In this document: piece after piece, positions 59,746-64,000 of the stretch | Position numbering within the stretch: position 1 is the first letter of the stretch | Layout of the letters: each line of letters begins with the position of its first letter | DNA from: Mizuhopecten yessoensis | Lineage: Eukaryota | Direction of reading: 5' to 3' | DNA length: 64,000 nt | Assembly (NCBI RefSeq): GCF_002113885.1 | Contig: NW_018408922.1 | Coordinates: 1,113,144-1,177,143 of the forward strand | The notes under the pieces: generated by a model | The model's database searches: none | What the model saw: only the letters and a program-made list of their open reading frames with translations | What the model was told of the DNA's origin: nothing | Position numbers and translations under genes: made by a program

Positions 59746-62700
59746 ACTCTTTTAAAATGGATAATATATTAGTATATTCAGAAACCGATGACCGCTCTAA
59801 TTTAACCCTGGTTTGTAAATATTTTAAAACGCTGTTACACTTGTATAATTGTTATTTTGGGAAAGGGCCTAGTAAGTTGTAAGAACTTGTGCCCAATTCC
59901 TTTGACTACACAGCGTCAATAAACTATGGTTGAATGAATTGGATCAATATTTAACTGCCTGTTTACAGATGTGGTTTAGTCCGTCTTATTTGTATATTGG
60001 ACAAGTTACACATTTGGTAGGTAGAAACAATAAACATATCTTAAATTTATTGTTTCTTATGACGGCAATAGTTCCACAAGCTTTGTTTGAGTTGTTTAAA
60101 TTCAAATGCAACCTGTTTCAGAATAAATCTTTGTAATACCTTTTATTACATACCTGGAGAGGAGAGCATTATTATGTTGATACAGTCCAGGCCATGCATT
60201 AAAAGGTTATGCATTTCAAGCTGTGATAAAAAATACAATAGATTACCCCTGTAACCGTACTTCATTTTATGATGGAACTAGTCGGTTGTTGTCCACTAAT
60301 TAAATCAACAAAATCGAAACAGTAACGAGATTCAAAAACATGAATCTCCATTTCAGGCCAAGGAAGTACAACGTGACGTCATTATTTCGTCCTCGACGTC
60401 ATTTTGACCACTATTGTTGTTTGGTTATTAATTTTTTCGGACAGAAAATTGAACATTAAAATGAAGTGATGATTGATGATTTGAAGGAAATGTATTCATA
60501 TGAAAAAAATTCTAAATATGTTATGAAAAAAAGCAATACATTTATGTTCGTCTGACGTCTAATAGGACACTCGTTTATTGTGTGAATGAACATACTTCTT
60601 TCGGGTTACAGCCCTCGTGAACACCCTCGTGGAATATATCCATACTCGCAACGCAATCGGGCGATCCGAATGTTTTGTAACTTGGTGAACATTCAATGAT
60701 GCATTGTAACAGTTTCAAAATTGATATTCAACTGCACGTGACAATGTTCTTTTATGATCTCCAGTTAGTTTTATCTATTTTTGATTATGTTTATAGGATC
60801 TTCCTTTTCGTTGTTTCTATTTAAGCAATAACTGATATTACTATGCATAGCATATACTCTAATTCTGCTTTTTTTGTAAAAATCTATTCAACCAGCTTTA
60901 AATTGTTATACATTGTATGACTTGTTTCAGAATAAAATCTCTATAACCTATTTTTATGTATTGGTGTCTTCATTATTTTTTCACAGATTCAAAGTCAGAA
61001 TTGCTTTAAGTCGCTGAACGCTTAATACACCATTGTAAGTCACCGTAATCACTATCGAAATACAATTAGTAAACTGCGCTTTAGTCATACCTTTATTTTA
61101 CATATATATCATAAAAGAATTGAATAAACTTTAAATCTGCTGTGAAACATGAAATGTTTAGAGAATTTTTTCTTCGTTGATTGAAGTTATTTAGATCATT
61201 TCGTGGTGCAAACTTTCGTAGACACTCCAAATAAATAAACAGTGGCAAAGTTTATCAATTAATTATTTTGTAGTCATTTTCGTAGTTTGACAGCAACCAG
61301 GAAAACCGCGAATGTTTATTCACAACGAATAGTTCATGTTAAACAATGTACGGATTATTTACTACTGGTATAAAATGCATTTTTATAGTAAGACACATTT
61401 GAAATAAACAATTATACTGAAAAATCAATCTTAAGGTGGTATACCCATTTTCAAACAAAGTAGTGTTATCAACAATCACAACAAAGTGTAAAAATAAAAT
61501 CTGAGTATAAAAAGACCAGTAAGTACGTAAAAGTCAGTGATGGATAATTGACGCATCAGTTGTTGACGTGATAACTCGCCTAAAAATGAAACACATGACC
61601 GATCGGCCAGACGTCTAGTACGTGTAAAGGTAGGCTTAGGTCCAAATACCGGAGTCGGGCTCCGCTTGTATTCGATACCGTACGGCAGGACATATCCGTG
61701 GGGATGACATTTCGCGATTTCGCCGGTCAAGAACGTGATCGCGAAAATATAATTCACAGAATAATAAGACAAGCGTTATAGCCGCGATAATGAACTACAT
61801 AACCATAATTTCGTCGTGAAACAGCGAACATGTGGTTGTGACGATCTGTATTGATATAAAGTAATAATGTTTGAAAATAGGTTATATCCCACACCAAATG
61901 GTTTTGTTAATGATTGATTTAACAAAATACATTCACTTGTTGCTGATCAATATGCTGTCATAAAGCTTTATCATTTGAATACGTGACAATTGATATGCCG
62001 AGCGTCCACCAGTCCCTGTGCTGATAAACCAAGAGAGTGCAGTTCCTTCACAGGTCTAGATCGCGAAATTATAATCCCCGTAAATTTAATTTTCTATTTG
62101 TTTTTGTTAAACCCGTAAACTGAGTCTTACAATAATTGTAGAGACATTGTCAATCTCTGGATAACCTTTGGTAAGATCATTGATTTATTCATGTCATATT
62201 TACATTAATTAAACCATTTCAACCTTTTCACAAAAAGGTGGTTTTAGCTAAAAAAAGAAAACTGGCTGGAATGGCTGTATATGTTTGCACGAATTAAACG
62301 TATGTATCAATTAATATTTGTATTCATGTACATCATGTATATACACGATTGAATAATAGAAATTAAAATGGATGATAAATTTGGGTCTTCCAATGTTTTC
62401 AAGTGAACAATGGCAAAAAAGGTGACCATACAGATGTGCATTGAGGCCAGAATGCTTAACTCCGTCTATCCTATGGTGACGTTAGACGGAGCTACACGTA
62501 CTTGCTAAGAAAAAAACAGCGCCAAGAGAATACCGAAGTGTCAACAGAACCATAATACGAACTCAACATTGATAAAACTAGGGCAATATATAAGCATAGG
62601 AAATAATTACAGGGATACCCTAGAAAAAGTACAAGGATAAATCACCAGGTGCTACGAAAGGGTTAACGTCTTCTGCTTCACCGATAACACCTGCCCTGTA

Positions 62701-64000
62701 AATCTATGTAAACTAACCTGATATGGGATGGGTCGCAATCATTTGTTGTTAGAGACAACCAAATGCAGTTCCAGTCCCAAAAGGAGAGCAAACGGATACA
62801 TATGTAACAGAAAATCAAGACTGGCTGATACGAGTTTCGCACTCTGTAGTAAAAGCCTTATGAATACATGACCGATGATGATAACGTTTTGCGTCTTGAC
62901 AGAAGATACGAACACGGTAATAATTATTTTTAAGTGAAGGATCAAGAACCACATTGATCTGATGAGGATGTTGATAAGCACATCTCGATACTTAAGTTGA
63001 TGAAATACAGATTTGGTATACAATTATGTTTTATCTTAGAAAACGAGTTAAAAAACACGATAGATCAATATTTTCTCATTCTCTATTTATGGAGGAAATA
63101 ATTCCAGAACATGGCCACACACCATTAGTCTTTAAGTGTACAGCTTTTTCCGCGACTGTAAAGCCAAACAAAATGTGAAAATAAGATATCAGGAAAGTGC
63201 TCACCAATTTATATAAAAAGGGTAAAACTTAAGGACATTATGTCCGCTTTGATCTGTTGAGGAATATTGTGGATTTAGTTTCGATTCTAGTCTTAGATGT
63301 TGAATTTGAGTTTCAATATGTGTATCAATAATATTATTCATTTTTGTATAACCCATAACTCCATTACGGATATGATAACGACACATGATACGCCTATCCT
63401 GCGGCTAATAGGAGTCGATCGTCCTGGAATACCAGGTGTACACGTTATGATACAATTTTCCAAAATAATAGGCCAGAGGCCATCACGTTTTACAGTTTGA
63501 ATAAGTTCTTCCTGTATTTTTCTACCAAGGTAGCTAGATGTTTTTATGAAAAATAACGCAGTGATAACATGCTGTTGCTTCTGTAGTTATCTTTTGTTAT
63601 AAGGAGAAAATTATAGCGAGTGGATAGGCCATGCAGGTAAACTATTTTCATTGGATTGAGTGTTTATACCAGACCTGGATAAGTTATTATTTGAACGGTT
63701 CAGAAATGAGTATTTCTGGACAGCAACTAATACTTTTTTTTCACACAGTTTGTATACACACATTTAGACGTGTTTTACTGAGAAACTACTGCAATGTGTC
63801 TGGGCTGATTTGTTGGAATACGTTTACGGGGACAGTTAATATTTCACAATTCAAGCGAGCCTAGAATTTAAAACTTGTGTAAGATTTTTTAATGTATTAT
63901 ATGAACGATTATAAGTTTTAACAGAAGATTATTCCAACTGTTTTTATTCGGCAGAATTTAACACCAGAATATTTAAATGAATTTCACGATGTTTTTTTGT

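Noticed and set aside
61476-61772. 98-aa minus-strand ORF in a CpG-rich patch
   Set aside because: Non-ATG start and no recognisable domain or splice structure; probably a repeat remnant.

Overview
AT-rich, repeat-dense eukaryotic DNA with spliceosomal introns. It is most consistent with a bivalve mollusc (C1q-domain gene, HINE/Helentron-type satellite carriers, tRNA-derived SINE, retrozyme-like hammerhead remnants). The main protein-coding content is a cluster of four paralogous genes, each essentially one coding exon, arranged as two head-to-head pairs: 10.8-11.6 kb (-), 15.3-17.1 kb (+), 37.7-39.4 kb (-) and 50.9-52.5 kb (+). They encode type II membrane proteins with a short cytosolic tail, one TM helix, a ~200-aa Cys-containing beta-rich domain and a C-terminal alpha/beta-hydrolase (HG, [T/S]HSMG, PW[K/R]GS, NDGxV, NH). 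From memory, the hydrolase domain resembles an uncharacterised oomycete/protist family more than typical animal lipases. Both plus-strand copies are intact. Both minus-strand copies are disabled: one by a single in-frame TAA, the other by two frameshifts and truncation. A frameshifted C1q-domain gene lies between the pairs. A 5.7-kb TTAA-flanked Kolobok-like DNA transposon (53555-59259) encodes a spliced transposase with its catalytic core deleted, fused to an intact DEDDh (TREX1/PML-like) exonuclease. It sits precisely inside the ORF2 tail of a CR1/L2-type LINE. The rest is tandem repeats (32, 59, ~155, 227 and ~700 bp), MITEs and palindromes, SINEs and degenerate hammerhead ribozymes. No CRISPR array or prokaryotic operon was found. 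All family assignments come from motif reading without database searches.
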